Part shown: positions 21,979 to 33,390 of the stretch, one piece after another | How positions within the stretch are numbered: position 1 is the stretch's first letter | How the letters are laid out: each line of letters begins with the position of its first letter | NCBI GenBank assembly: GCA_008369845.1 | Contig: MRSU01006640.1 | Location: forward strand, 1-39,092 | DNA: 39,092 nucleotides | Direction of reading: 5' to 3' | DNA from: Trichomonas gallinae | Lineage: Eukaryota | Translations under genes and position numbers: made by a program | The notes under the pieces: generated by a model | Database searches by the model: none | Told to the model about the DNA's origin: nothing | Seen by the model: only the letters and a program-made list of their open reading frames with translations

Positions 21979-23610
21979 TTATTCAAGCCTAGTTATTGTC
22001 TCTGTTGCTAAATCGATTTGACATTTATGCAAATCAGCGATAAAAACAGAACACTGAGCGCTTGTATTGAACTGCAGCACGTATTTAACCTTTTCATTGA
22101 GTGTTAGACTCTTTCTTTTGGCTATTTGCGAATTATACCAAATTGTTACAACTTTTCCTAATTTAGACGTAGATGACTCAGCATACAAATCCCACAATTT
22201 TAATATTTTTGCTTCATCCATCTTCAATTCATTCGCTGTTAACGTTATTGTTGTTCCATTCGCTAGATCATAATCTTGTTTGAAATCAGAGTCAATTGTA
22301 GCAAGATTAAACCAAACAAATGATTTCTTCTGGAATCTGGCAAGCGATGCCTCGATTTCTGCCAATTGAACAACAAGATAATAAAAATCACTTTTTCGTT
22401 GTTCGCGTCTAGGAGCTAAAATGTAATCGATATCTGTCCTTTGTCGTGATGGAATTCGTTTTGCAAGCAATTCGAAGATTTCTATTGAGATAATTGGCTT
22501 TAATTGATAAATTATATCATTTTTTACGCTATTTATGATATTAGGAGCTCCCAATGATATACGCTCGAATATTCTCAAGATTATTGCCAAAACAGTCGTT
22601 GAATCCCTTTGAGAAAGAACGTAAGCCAATTCTTGAAGAAATTTCGCTTTTGTTGGGGTTCTTTGGCTTTTTAATGCGAATCTTTGTATTGCAGGATACT
22701 TTCCAGGAAGAATTAAACCCAGTTTAATAATGTCATCATATATAATTAGCTTCTTTTCTAAACAAAATAAAATTATAGAAAGAGTTATTGGACTTCTGAT
22801 ATCTTGGCGTGGTAAAATCATTGGTATAGTCTCCATAATCATTGCTCGTGCAGGTGAATCAGCTAGAAATGTTAACGCGCGGGCTACATAAGAAATATCA
22901 GATTTTAGTAAGACTTTTTGTATAGATTTCAATGTGTATTCGCGTAAATCTAGCGGGATAACGTTAAGGAAATCAACGATAAACGAAAATCCATCGGAAT
23001 CTAATTTCGCAAGAGAATGATCAATATGATTCTTAATAGGCTTGCTTGAAATCGCTTCAATTATCTGCGGTATTTTCGATGTGAATAAATTTAAAACAAC
23101 AAATCTCGCTGCAGCGACAGTTGTTGAGTCATGATGGTTTATGTATGGAATTGCATGATCAAAAAGTGGACATCTATCTAGTTGTTCGTAGTATATATAC
23201 TTGAGAGGTATTTTTTTGAGATGTATTGATAATCCTTTGAGGATCGTCATATAACTTTGTAAAATATCAATAGATGGCAAATCGAATGGGTATGTTAATA
23301 AACTGTTAATGATACCATCCCTAAATAGTAGATCAATTTCCTTTTCTGTTCCACATGTTTGGAATAGAAAATCAAAGAACTTGAGAAACTCAAATTGGAG
23401 ATGTGTATCTATCGGCTTTTGAAGAATTACTATGTATGCTGCTATAAATTTGATATCAATCAGTTTTTGAATTTTCTTGATATATGGATCTTGGGAGTTC
23501 GATATGTAATCCTTAACAAAATCGAAACAGTTGGCGAATATAGGCTGAAGGTCATCCGAATATGAATGTATAATCGTGTAGCATAAACTTCCTAAATCAT
23601 CCAAATCCAT
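21979..23610 (-). CDS. FPL-domain protein (CLEC16A/TT9-like)
   Basis: INSLLTYPFD...YMTILKGLS...CPLFDHAIPYINHHDSTTVAAARFVVLNL matches the FPL domain pattern. First ATG at 23610. Confidence 0.75.
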   Translation of the reverse strand: MDLDDLGSLCYTIIHSYSDDLQPIFANCFDFVKDYISNSQDPYIKKIQKLIDIKFIAAYIVILQKPIDTHLQFEFLKFFDFLFQTCGTEKEIDLLFRDGIINSLLTYPFDLPSIDILQSYMTILKGLSIHLKKIPLKYIYYEQLDRCPLFDHAIPYINHHDSTTVAAARFVVLNLFTSKIPQIIEAISSKPIKNHIDHSLAKLDSDGFSFIVDFLNVIPLDLREYTLKSIQKVLLKSDISYVARALTFLADSPARAMIMETIPMILPRQDIRSPITLSIILFCLEKKLIIYDDIIKLGLILPGKYPAIQRFALKSQRTPTKAKFLQELAYVLSQRDSTTVLAIILRIFERISLGAPNIINSVKNDIIYQLKPIISIEIFELLAKRIPSRQRTDIDYILAPRREQRKSDFYYLVVQLAEIEASLARFQKKSFVWFNLATIDSDFKQDYDLANGTTITLTANELKMDEAKILKLWDLYAESSTSKLGKVVTIWYNSQIAKRKSLTLNEKVKYVLQFNTSAQCSVFIADLHKCQIDLATETITRLE

Positions 23611-23792
23611 CACACGATTATTAAAAACTGACAAAATCTCAATAAATATAATTTTTACTTGAAAATTATCATTTTTTAGTTTTAAAAATCATTAATTTGC
23701 AAAAATTTATAATTCAACAAAATGTAATTTAGAAATATATTAATGCTGTGCTCTTCAAATTTGAAATTTCGAGCATTTTTCTTATTCAGGAA

Positions 23793-24939
23793 ATAGTAAA
23801 TTTACCTACAGCGAAATTTAATAAGGTAAGGACACCTTTTTATTATTACGATACTGATTCACTACGTCAAACATTGTCACTGGTTAAGTATGAACTCTCT
23901 AAGTACAAAAATTACAAAATGCATTATGCGATGAAAGCGAATTTCAACAAAAAACTACTAAATATTATCAAAGACTACGGATTTGGCCTTGACTGTGTTA
24001 CTGGATGGGAGATCGAAGCAGGAATTAAAGCTGGTTTCGATCCAAAAAATTTTGTTTTCGCAGGAGTTGGGAAAACAGACGATGAGATCGAGTACGCCAT
24101 AGAAAACGACATATTTTGTTTCAACGTCGAATCTCTGCAAGAAATCGAAGTTATTAATCAAATTGCAGAAAAGAAAGAGAAAACAGCGAGAATTGCCATA
24201 AGAGTCAATCCAAATATAAGCACTCATACGCATGCGCACATACAAACAGGATTATCAGAAAATAAATTTGGAATTCCTCTTAGAGACTTAGATACAGCAA
24301 TATCAATGGTTCAGTCATCAAAAAATCTTGAATTCAACGGTTTTCACTTCCATATTGGATCACAAATCCTTGATTTAACAGATTTTAAAAATTTATCAAA
24401 TTTCGTCGAAAAATTGTTAGAAACTTATAAAAACAAAGGCATTACTATTAAAAATATCAATGTTGGAGGTGGATTAGGCGTAGATTACTCAAATCAAAGC
24501 AAATTCCCTGATTTTGAAAATTATTTCAAAGTTTTTGCAAATATTTCGCCATTAGTTGATGCAGTTCACTTCGAATTAGGCAGGTCAATCATAAACTAAT
24601 GTGGAAACCTCGTCACAAGACTTCTATACACGATACAAGGAGAAACAAGAAACTTTGCGATTGTCGACGGAGGAATGACTGAGCTGATTCGTCCTGCTTT
24701 ATATGGCGCACAGTACATCATAGAGAATATCAGCAGAAATGATCCTAAACAAGTTTTCGATGTTGTTGGACCTGTTTGATGAATCTACTGATGTAATTAA
24801 AAGAGATGTGAAATTAACTGGAGCAAAAAGAGGAGATTTTATAGTAATAAGATGTGCAGGAGCTTATGGAGAGTCAATGGCATCAAACTATTTATGCAGA
24901 AATCTTCCCATAGGATATATTACTGAAGATTTCAAATAG
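23793..24939 (+). pseudogene. lysA: Diaminopimelate decarboxylase (bacterial-type LysA) pseudogene
   Basis: Motifs TPFYYYD, YAMKAN (PLP Lys), HFHIGSQ, NVGGGLG, HFELGRS, LIRPALY, GAYG. Lesions: ATA at the expected start (23793), in-frame TAA at 24597-24599, and a +1 insertion at GPV-C-ES (TGA at 24777-24779). Confidence 0.92.
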
Positions 24940-25861
24940 AAAATTTTTTTTGTATGATAAGTATAGATTAAAAGCTTAAATTATTGATCCAAACATTTTT
25001 GTATATCCATTGAATATATTTTTAGTGCCAAAATTGCATAGAATACATTTCAATAAAATAAATTATTGTTTTTTCTCATAAACAATGTGATTAATGAATT
25101 GGTTGAGACTTTTCAAGTGACATATTACAACTATAATATATCAAAAGCCAATATTAATCCAAAACAATATCACTGTTTTAATGACGAAATCATTGGTGAA
25201 TTCTATATAACCCATATATTCATTTCCCACATCGCAATCATTGAATATTTAGTTTCATCTGACAGTTGATTTTTTTGTCATGGTCTAGGATCTTGTTGTG
25301 GGTTCCATTGATCTAAAGCACAAAAACAGAATATAAATTTGATATTTACGTTGGCAATAAGACACATTTTGGATCGCAAATTTTCATCCCTTCAGATTTT
25401 GGAATTAGGAGATAAGATAAATATCAGGATCGATGACAAATATAATATTCCATATTAGAAAAGACAACTTTCTCATTATCTGAAATGGCGCCAATCACAA
25501 TTAACCAAATTACCGAATGAAAACAAATTTCCAACCATCTGCAGTCGACCTAGATTATTCATTAAGTAGTGGCTGGCGCAAACGAAAAAACCAACGCTAG
25601 GGAAAACAATATATTTATTATTTTTTTGATAAAACAATATGATTTTTGGTTAAGATAAGGAATAATAGATTAAAAATCTAAAACTGGAAATTTCATAATT
25701 TTGATAAGTTTACGATTTATTTCCAATTTTATTAAAAATTTATGCTCATAACGAAGAAATTATGCAATTGGTATTAATGTCAAACCGAAAAAGTATTGTG
25801 AAAATCCCGCCAAATTTTTCTTAGAGTTTTGGCGCCAAAAATTTTTTTTTTCATCACATAT

Positions 25862-26371
25862 ATGAGTGAACCAAAGTTCGAACGCGTTGAAGATCACCAA
25901 TTCAAGGAAGGAGAGGATATCTATATGATTGATCCTAACGGCTTTGATATCTATAAAGCACAGATTGTTAAGATCGAAGGAACACAATATAAGATTCATT
26001 ATCCAGAGTACCCAGAAGACGATGAAACAGTCGAAAACACAGAACGTATCTTAGCACTCTCTAGAGTTAACACAAGAATTTTCAACACTCAAGAGGCAGC
26101 CCGTGCTACAAAGATTGGACAGAACTCAGAAGAGGAAGAATATTATGATGAACCAGAATATGATGATGGTGAAGATCAGGAACCAGATTTCAGACCAAAC
26201 GGCCAGATTCCTTTAGATAGAACTAACAAGAAGAGACGTGGCCGGAAGATGAGAAAAGGTAGAGTAGGCGCTCGTCCAGAGAACGCCCGTTCTAATCCTC
26301 CAAGAGTGTCTCGCAAGAGCTATCAGGAAGATGAATATGATGACGATGAAAACGATGAGGACTGGAAGTAA
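25862..26371 (+). CDS. Chromo-barrel/Tudor-knot domain protein with acidic and basic tail
   Basis: FKEGEDIY...IYKAQIVKI...YKIHYPEYPEDDETV...RIL resembles MRG15/Esa1-type barrels; NLS-like KKRRGRKMRK. Confidence 0.75.
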   Translation: MSEPKFERVEDHQFKEGEDIYMIDPNGFDIYKAQIVKIEGTQYKIHYPEYPEDDETVENTERILALSRVNTRIFNTQEAARATKIGQNSEEEEYYDEPEYDDGEDQEPDFRPNGQIPLDRTNKKRRGRKMRKGRVGARPENARSNPPRVSRKSYQEDEYDDDENDEDWK

Positions 26372-26716
26372 ATTATCTTTATTATTTTTTATGGTTGATT
26401 GCACGTAAATTCTCATTATTTAGTAGCCGCTGTTTTTGCATACAAATCGCCATCAACTAATATTGGTTTTTCATTTATTGATTTTTTATCACCGGAGAAA
26501 AGACTTTAATTTGCGTGTTTTTGTGCAAGGAAACTCGAAATATACTGCTTTTCCTGCTTAAAGACCATTATTGACGAGGTCATTATTTTTTCGATTTCAC
26601 AGTCATTATTTTTTATGCTTTGAACCAATATCAACTATCAGCAAATAGAAACGTGTGAGAAAAATTATGTGGCATAAACAGTTTTTCGAAATATCAAAAA
26701 AAGTCAGAAATATTAT

Positions 26717-27172
26717 TTATTTGCAAAGACCGCCGCAAAGTGTCTTGATAGCTGTCCAGCCACCTGGGAAGGCGCAGATGCAGTAGAAGATCTGAGCGGC
26801 CCACTGAAGGAAGACAACAATGACGCAGAGAGCTCTTGACTTTGTGAGGTTTCCAACAACAAGAAGGAGGATGATGCAAGCGCAAATGCAGATAGCAGCG
26901 ATGAGGCATGGAACGTTGGACTTGAGTAACTTCATTTGCTTCTTCCAGCCAGCGAAGAAGAATGTAGAGCAGATGGCACCGATAGAGCCGATAGCATAGA
27001 CAATGGAGAATGTAACCATGTCGCCGTCCCAGAATGGGATGAAAGAAAGGAAGCAGAAGAGGGCAGAAATAGCAGCGCAAACGACACCGCCGATGATTCT
27101 GACCTTGAAGCTGCACTTGCATAATTCGCAATCATCATCGCTGCCTTTGATCTCGTCGATCAATGCTGACAT
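26717..27172 (-). CDS. SFT2: Got1/Sft2-family vesicle transport protein
   Basis: SFKVRIIG, FSIVYAIGSIGAICSTFFFAGWKKQMK, FPGG; four TM helices; GC-rich codon usage. Confidence 0.88.
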   Translation of the reverse strand: MSALIDEIKGSDDDCELCKCSFKVRIIGGVVCAAISALFCFLSFIPFWDGDMVTFSIVYAIGSIGAICSTFFFAGWKKQMKLLKSNVPCLIAAICICACIILLLVVGNLTKSRALCVIVVFLQWAAQIFYCICAFPGGWTAIKTLCGGLCK

Positions 27173-27180
27173 TTTATAAA

Positions 27181-27188
27181 AAACCGCT
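27181..27188 (-). promoter_or_regulatory. M3-like (Myb-type) core promoter element
   Basis: AGCGGTTT on the - strand, about 9 nt upstream of the SFT2 ATG; fits the trichomonad M3 consensus DRCSGYTD. Confidence 0.45.
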
Positions 27189-27416
27189 GTAATAAACTTT
27201 CTACGATAGAAATTATCATAGCCATTCTCCTTTTTCTTCTCTTATATATACTATTTACATGATTTAACGCATATTTGCCGTAGAAATGTTCATTAAACTC
27301 TGATTTCTAAGAGATCCAATTAATTCAATCTCATTTTGTTACGTAAAAATCATTGACATATAACATATAATGCTATAAAAATTCATCTCTATGTCAACAA
27401 ATGAATAACTCAATCG

Positions 27417-27620
27417 ATTTTTGATAAAAATTATAATCGCTCACTAGTTTGATGAAATGAATACAAAATATTCAATGTTTATAATCTGTATTATATATTC
27501 TTTTGATATTAATCAATAAAAAACTATTTTTGATAAAAATTATAATTATTCAATAATATGATGATTTGAATACAAAATATAGAATGGATAGGCTTTGTAT
27601 TATAAATATTTCTAATATTT
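27417..27620. repeat. Diverged about 109-bp direct duplication
   Basis: TTTTTGATAAAAATTATAAT..TGATGA..TGAATACAAAATAT..AATG..TGTATTATA occurs twice (TGATAAAAA at 27422 and 27531). Confidence 0.7.
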
Positions 27621-27739
27621 GTAAATAATTTACTTTTCATTAAAATCTGTGTATATGTGTTATTTAGATATGTAATTTATGAGGTTGGAAAACATACTAT
27701 AGGATTAAATGGGCAATTTATCGATACAATAATATATGT

Positions 27740-28663
27740 TTACATTCCCAGTGGAATTGTTGCTGGAAATTGCATAGGCATAGGCATTATAGGGCCAGCA
27801 AAATAACCAAATATATTATATTCTACTGGAATGCTTGCAATTTCTACTGGAAGTAATAATAGAGGGGCGCTTGACTGACTCTTATGTTGCTGAGGAGCAA
27901 CATCAGGTGCTATTATCTGGTCTGGCTGTGAATATTGTTGGAAACCAGGTGGTGGGCCATTAACAACTGATCCAAATGCATTTTGATAAGGATTTTGCAC
28001 TACCTGTGGCTGTGGTGGTGGAGTTGATTGTTTTTGAAGTTGTGGAGGCATTGGTGGCTGTTGAAGCTGTGGTCTTGATTTTTGCTTTAAAACCGGTTCA
28101 GCTTTTTCTACAGCTGGTGCTGGCGCTGGTTGAGGCTCTTCCTTCTTGTTCTGATACCTCTGATTTACAGGCTTTTGAGAAAATGTATTTGTATTTTCAA
28201 CTTCTTTTTGAACATCTGTCTTTGGCTGCGCTGTTTGACGACTACGATTTTCCTGTAGTTGTTCTGGTGTAGTTGACGCTGCAAAATCAGGATCTAAACT
28301 TCCCCATGTATTTCCAATAAATTCGGTATTTTCTTGTTTTGGCGCCTGACGCTGTTGATTGAATTGTCTTTGTTGTCTGTTGCCACGGGGCCTCTGATTG
28401 AAGTTTCTTTGTTCTCTATTTTGATAATGATTGAATTGTTTAGATTCTTGCACCGGCTGTTGTTGAGTAGCTTCTTGTTGCACTGGCTGTTGCTTTGATG
28501 GTGGTGTTTTTGTCTTAGATTTAAACGAGTGAAAATCTCCCCTTAAAATTCGATCAATGACTTCTTCATCTGTGCGAAGCTCCATAAGCAAGTCTTGGAT
28601 TGTGAGCTTGTCAACATCCGGGAAAAGCTCTGCTATTTGATCAACTCTTCTTGCTAAACTCAT
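27740..28663 (-). CDS. CUE-like domain + Q/P-rich protein (Def1/UBAP2-like)
   Basis: VDQIAELFPDVDKLTIQDLL...VIDRILRG (FP motif of CUE), followed by Q/N/P-rich low-complexity sequence. Confidence 0.7.
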   Translation of the reverse strand: MSLARRVDQIAELFPDVDKLTIQDLLMELRTDEEVIDRILRGDFHSFKSKTKTPPSKQQPVQQEATQQQPVQESKQFNHYQNREQRNFNQRPRGNRQQRQFNQQRQAPKQENTEFIGNTWGSLDPDFAASTTPEQLQENRSRQTAQPKTDVQKEVENTNTFSQKPVNQRYQNKKEEPQPAPAPAVEKAEPVLKQKSRPQLQQPPMPPQLQKQSTPPPQPQVVQNPYQNAFGSVVNGPPPGFQQYSQPDQIIAPDVAPQQHKSQSSAPLLLLPVEIASIPVEYNIFGYFAGPIMPMPMQFPATIPLGM

Positions 28664-29015
28664 TTTAATTAGAGAAACTGTCACTTTTTATCATAATGTT
28701 TAGCCAAACTCTTGTTTTTGTATATAATCCATATGCTATCATTCACAGATGACTCTAGTAGAACGTTTCAATGCTCGATACATGTTTAATAGACTCATAA
28801 TATATTTGATCTACGCATGATTTAATAACAAATAAAGACACGGCTTTTAATTCCTGACAATCAACTTTACAATATCAAACTTTTATAATTAATTTTGACA
28901 ATTTTACTTTACATTGTCAAAAATAATATATAATTTCAAAAATATCTAAGACTAAGTGTTTGCATTAAAAAAATTCATATTTTTGGTTATAACAAACATT
29001 ATTTTAGTCGTATAT

Positions 29016-30581
29016 TTAATTCTCAGCGAATTTCAAGAATGAAGATTTGAAATTCATGTACTGAGAATTTGTTATAAGAGGTTCTGTAACAAAACTAGTG
29101 TGATTACGTTCATATAAAGCTATCGCAAGGCCAATGGCTTGCTCAATATCAATTTTTCTGATGAAATCATCCATGAAGTTCATAACATCTTCAATGAGTC
29201 CGTCTGTTTTAACAATTAGATCTGGGAATGCCATTATCATTATCGCTGCACAGAAATATCTAATGAAAACATAAGGCTTTTCGTGTGCGAGGATTGAGTC
29301 CCATAGTCTGAGAACACCAGGCAGAGGAAACTCTCTCTTGAACAATAGAATGATGTGGCGATAAAGGAAAAGCAAATTTTGGAGATTATTAACTTGGAGC
29401 CATTCTGCAAGTTGTGGATGGACTTCCGTGATGATGCCAAACACACGCTCGAATGCAAACTCTTGCTGCTTTAGTAAATCAGTGAACATTCGATCATGTT
29501 GTGTTACTGACATAAAACGACAAAGAAGCTGGAAAATTAGATCTTCAGCGCTTTCTTTATTGACTTTACGACCATCAACAAGCGTGCACTGGCTTCCTTT
29601 CCATTCTTTGAGATATAAAATTATGAATAATGCGACAATATCTGCCATTCCTTGAACAAATCCAGTATCCTTGCAGTAAATAGCGTAAGCAATCAATACA
29701 TTGTTTAAAACAGAAAGATTTGGATTTTCATTTCCAGCAAATTGCTCGAGATTTCTATCTGTTCGTAATACATCCTTCATTACATCTACTGGTAGTTTGT
29801 AAACTGCTTCAACATTCTTTTTTTGTATTTCTAAAATATTATCCCAAGAATTTTGGATTGATTTGTATATGTACTTGCTGTTCTCGATGGATGCAATATT
29901 CTCATCATATGATTTTGTTGGAGAGTAAAGGCCAAGTAAATATAACCAAATAAACCATCTTGACTCTTCAGAAAGGCCTTGTTTTATGATGGATGACTTC
30001 AACTGTCCGATATTGTTTAGTGCTCGTTTTGCATCACTAAAGTTCAATGATTTATTATGAATCAAAATTTCTGGATGAAGATTTTGCATTATTTTAAGAT
30101 GCTCTGAAATATAAACGATTTCAGCATGCTTAATATAGTTATTCTTCGGTAATTTTCGTTCATAAAATCGTAAATTTATATAATAATGGTTTGTCTCTGG
30201 TTTTTCGATGATTGCTTTGGATTTAAAGAATTGGAATAGATTTTTAAGTGATGCTAAGGCAATGCTGGATCGAAAAGTAATAAGTGGAAGTTGTGATGAA
30301 TCTTCGAATAAAAATCGAAGGGATGCTGCTTCCAAACTAATAATTTCTTTAACTATTTCGACTACTTCACACAATCTCCACGCAACATGGAATGATTCCG
30401 GTGAATAAGTTTGCTCTGATATCGTGATTTGCTCTTTCGGCATCCATTCGCAGAAAATTTCATTGAAAGTCCTGGAAACTATAAAAATTCCTTCCGTTTG
30501 CTGCTCCGGAATCACCTGAAAATAAGCATTTGGGACAGAATAAATTACCAAACGATTCATTTTATAATACATAGGGTCCAT
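29016..30581 (-). CDS. TBC-domain Rab-GAP (Gyp7/TBC1D15-like)
   Basis: RWFIWLYLLG, Arg finger KDVLRTDR, Gln finger GFVQGMAD, LFKREF...LRLWD. Confidence 0.92.
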   Translation of the reverse strand: MDPMYYKMNRLVIYSVPNAYFQVIPEQQTEGIFIVSRTFNEIFCEWMPKEQITISEQTYSPESFHVAWRLCEVVEIVKEIISLEAASLRFLFEDSSQLPLITFRSSIALASLKNLFQFFKSKAIIEKPETNHYYINLRFYERKLPKNNYIKHAEIVYISEHLKIMQNLHPEILIHNKSLNFSDAKRALNNIGQLKSSIIKQGLSEESRWFIWLYLLGLYSPTKSYDENIASIENSKYIYKSIQNSWDNILEIQKKNVEAVYKLPVDVMKDVLRTDRNLEQFAGNENPNLSVLNNVLIAYAIYCKDTGFVQGMADIVALFIILYLKEWKGSQCTLVDGRKVNKESAEDLIFQLLCRFMSVTQHDRMFTDLLKQQEFAFERVFGIITEVHPQLAEWLQVNNLQNLLFLYRHIILLFKREFPLPGVLRLWDSILAHEKPYVFIRYFCAAIMIMAFPDLIVKTDGLIEDVMNFMDDFIRKIDIEQAIGLAIALYERNHTSFVTEPLITNSQYMNFKSSFLKFAEN

Positions 30582-30719
30582 AAGTTTCACCCCTTAAATT
30601 TTTCACCCCCTAAATTTATTTCAATTTCAATGAAATTGCAGGGGGAGACGACCATGTATATTTAAATGTTGAATATTCTACAAGAATAACGAATATATAG
30701 GATTTAGCTTTACTCATGC

Positions 30720-30902
30720 AATTAGGGCGTATAGTATACTATCATGTTTACTTTTAGGTTAGTTCAGTTCTCATCACCTTAGCTAATACGCGCTGAAAAT
30801 TAAACTGGTGAATTTTTGACCAATGACAGATTTTGAAGAGGCAAGAAAATACCCTTAATATTTTTATTAACGAGGGGCTGACACGCCTATAACCCCCTAA
30901 TT
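30720..30902. mobile_element. Candidate MITE-like element (imperfect terminal inverted repeats)
   Basis: AATTAGGGCGTATAG (30720-30734) is an imperfect inverted repeat of CTATAACCCCCTAATT (30887-30902). Confidence 0.3.
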
Positions 30903-30998
30903 AAAAATTCTTCTAAAACAGACTAGATATGAATTTATTAATACTTCGTGCGACTTGTGTTGTAAAATTTTGCGTCAATTTTATATACAACAACTTTG

Positions 30999-31763
30999 AT
31001 GACGAATGTAGAGCAGCTTGGGAAGATTCCAAAGCATTGTGCCGTTGGCAAAAACGAACTACTAGATTGGGTCAACAGAATATGCGGTGTTAACTATACA
31101 AAAATTGAAGATTGCTCCAATGGCGCTGCTTTTTGTCAGATAATGGATGCTATATACCCGGGGAGTGTGCCTCTAAATCACGTAAATTATGACCCTTTAT
31201 ATGAAAATGATGTTGTTAACAACTTCAAAATATTGCAAGAATCGTTTTATACTAATAACATACAAAAGAATCTAGATATCAAAGAAATAATACGAAAAAA
31301 AGCTTCTTCAGCATTAGAAATCATGCAATGGCTTTATAATTATTCTGAATATTATGGAAACATAGATGCATACGATCCTTATGAAAGAAGAAGAGAGGAA
31401 GGATGCATAGAACCAAGAAAATCCAAACAAAGTAATACCCCTTCACCAATTCACAAACATCGAGACAACGTAAACTTTTCACCAAGACGAATAAGGAAAA
31501 GCTTAAACGATGTTCGTTCGCCTGATAACAAAGGATCTTCTGGATCTGATTCGGAGCAAAAAATAGGAAAATTAGAAAGGAAATTAGATCGGCTTGAGAA
31601 AGAACTTATGGCGACCACAAAAGAGCGTGAGTTCTACTGGGAGAAGCTGCGTGTCATAGAGATATATTGCAACGAGCATAAGAACGAATCAACCAAAGAA
31701 ATCTTAGATTTGCTTTATGATTTAGACTCGCAGGGGGAGTTCATCCACCCAGATACTCAATAA
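30999..31763 (+). CDS. EB1: EB1/MAPRE microtubule plus-end binding protein
   Basis: CH domain ELLDWVN...KIEDCSNGAAFCQIMD; EBH motif EREFYWEKLRVIE. Confidence 0.94.
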   Translation: MTNVEQLGKIPKHCAVGKNELLDWVNRICGVNYTKIEDCSNGAAFCQIMDAIYPGSVPLNHVNYDPLYENDVVNNFKILQESFYTNNIQKNLDIKEIIRKKASSALEIMQWLYNYSEYYGNIDAYDPYERRREEGCIEPRKSKQSNTPSPIHKHRDNVNFSPRRIRKSLNDVRSPDNKGSSGSDSEQKIGKLERKLDRLEKELMATTKEREFYWEKLRVIEIYCNEHKNESTKEILDLLYDLDSQGEFIHPDTQ

Positions 31764-32509
31764 ATTGTTTTGTTACTGTTTGATATCAAACCAACACGTT
31801 TTTTTGTTTTGGTCGGGAATCAAAAATTGTAGAATGCCGTCATTCTCATTAATACCTCGCACATATACAAGGAAAGAGATGCGATAATAGCGAAAAATCA
31901 CATTTATATTTAGATTCGAAATTACAAATTAATTTTGCAATTGCGCAGATACCCATGGTCATTATTTATGTAATCTATGCCATGGTAATATGAAGGAGAG
32001 TAAAATATACTCGTTATTACGCGCCGCGGTTATTTTTGTTTTCAAACAAAAAATCAATTTGATCAGATTATATTTACAGACATTATCTTCATGCTACAAG
32101 GGGTTTATATATAGATATAATATCTCTTTTTCAAAAAAATCAATATTTAGAGAAAAATGTTTGGTCTTCTTAAGAAGATTATATGTTCAAATAATGGTAA
32201 AAAAATTTCACACTACATCTACCTACATCTTATTGAAATTAATGGCGATTATTCCGCTTTTTCTATGTGTTCGAGACGGAATTGAAAGCTTATTGAAATA
32301 TATCAGTACATTATATATATAGACAATGTTTTAGTTGTTTATATTTTTCAATGAGTTTTTCGATTTTTGAATGTTTACAATTTTCAATGAGAATTCCTAA
32401 GTTTTTTTTAATTGATTTATGTTGTCTGTAAGATGTGTAGCAAACATTCACGATTTTTTACGATATTAAAATTGAATGAGATTTTTTGAATCATTATTTT
32501 CAAGTTTGT

Positions 32510-32854
32510 ATGTCAATGAGTCTCCTGAATCAAATCATCAGCGAGAGTCAGAGCAGTAGCGGAACATGGTCATACACGTTCATGTTTGAGGTCAGAAACA
32601 TGATGAAAAAGCTACATCAGAAAGATAAAATGAAAGTTTTCTCCGGTTTATTTGACGTTATACTGCAGGATCCAGTCTCTGAACTACAGCAATTCAAGAT
32701 CTGCCAGCTGATTTGCTACATCTACAACAGCTATCCAGAAATCTTTAAGGATTCTCTCAACACTTACAAAGTATCCGCAGAAAAAGCTTCCCACACAAAG
32801 AAGGTTGACTCCGAGCTATCCAGAGCTTCTTTCAACCTCATCAAAAATTTATAA
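32510..32854 (+). CDS. Small hypothetical helical protein
   Basis: About 114 aa with coding-like GC and codon usage; ATG at 32510 or 32516. Confidence 0.65.
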   Translation: MSMSLLNQIISESQSSSGTWSYTFMFEVRNMMKKLHQKDKMKVFSGLFDVILQDPVSELQQFKICQLICYIYNSYPEIFKDSLNTYKVSAEKASHTKKVDSELSRASFNLIKNL

Positions 32855-33390
32855 CGAAGAAAATTCTATACAGTCTTATTTTGTGCGGTATTATATTGTA
32901 TTGTTTGTATAAAGTTGTGTATATATATTCTTTCATTCGAGTCTTTTTGTCGAACTTCAAATCATTTCATTTGATATTATATTTTAACTGGAATTCACAG
33001 ATTTTTAACTTTGTTCTCTGCAAATGTGCAAATAACTCAAACGATTCTCACCATTTAAAATAAGCAACTCTCAAAATAATTTGGGAAAAAATTATTAAAC
33101 CGAAAGTAACTGCAAGGTTGCTACATAAATAGAAAACACATCGGTATTAATGAATTCCTAACAGAAGTTTTCTCATATCTATACCACACATATCGAAATA
33201 AAAATTTCGAATTTTCCCTTTTCTTATCAAAAAAAAAAGAAAAAATCTATACGAGGTGAGAGAAGAATAAACATCATTGTGCCAGAAACCTTTAAATAAT
33301 TGGCACGTCAAAATGATATTTTTTTTCTTCACAGATTATATTGAAATATATATTATCTTATGGTGTGTTATATGAAAAAACTAAAAAAGA

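Noticed and set aside
24597..24599. TAA/TAG at Gln positions as evidence for a non-standard genetic code
   Set aside because: Most intact genes in the window terminate with TAA and have no internal TAA/TAG.
24774..24783. GTT-TGA-T at the catalytic Cys of lysA as a programmed +1 frameshift or selenocysteine codon
   Set aside because: A +1 shift would give V-D-E-S without the Cys, and readthrough stays out of frame. The gene also has an upstream TAA and a lost start, so simple decay explains it.
25066..25600. Possible decayed + strand gene downstream of lysA
   Set aside because: Fragmentary frames with no recognisable domain; cannot be supported without a search.
31990..32322. 110-aa ORF
   Set aside because: AT-driven I/K/F/Y composition with no motif; likely spurious or a decayed relic.
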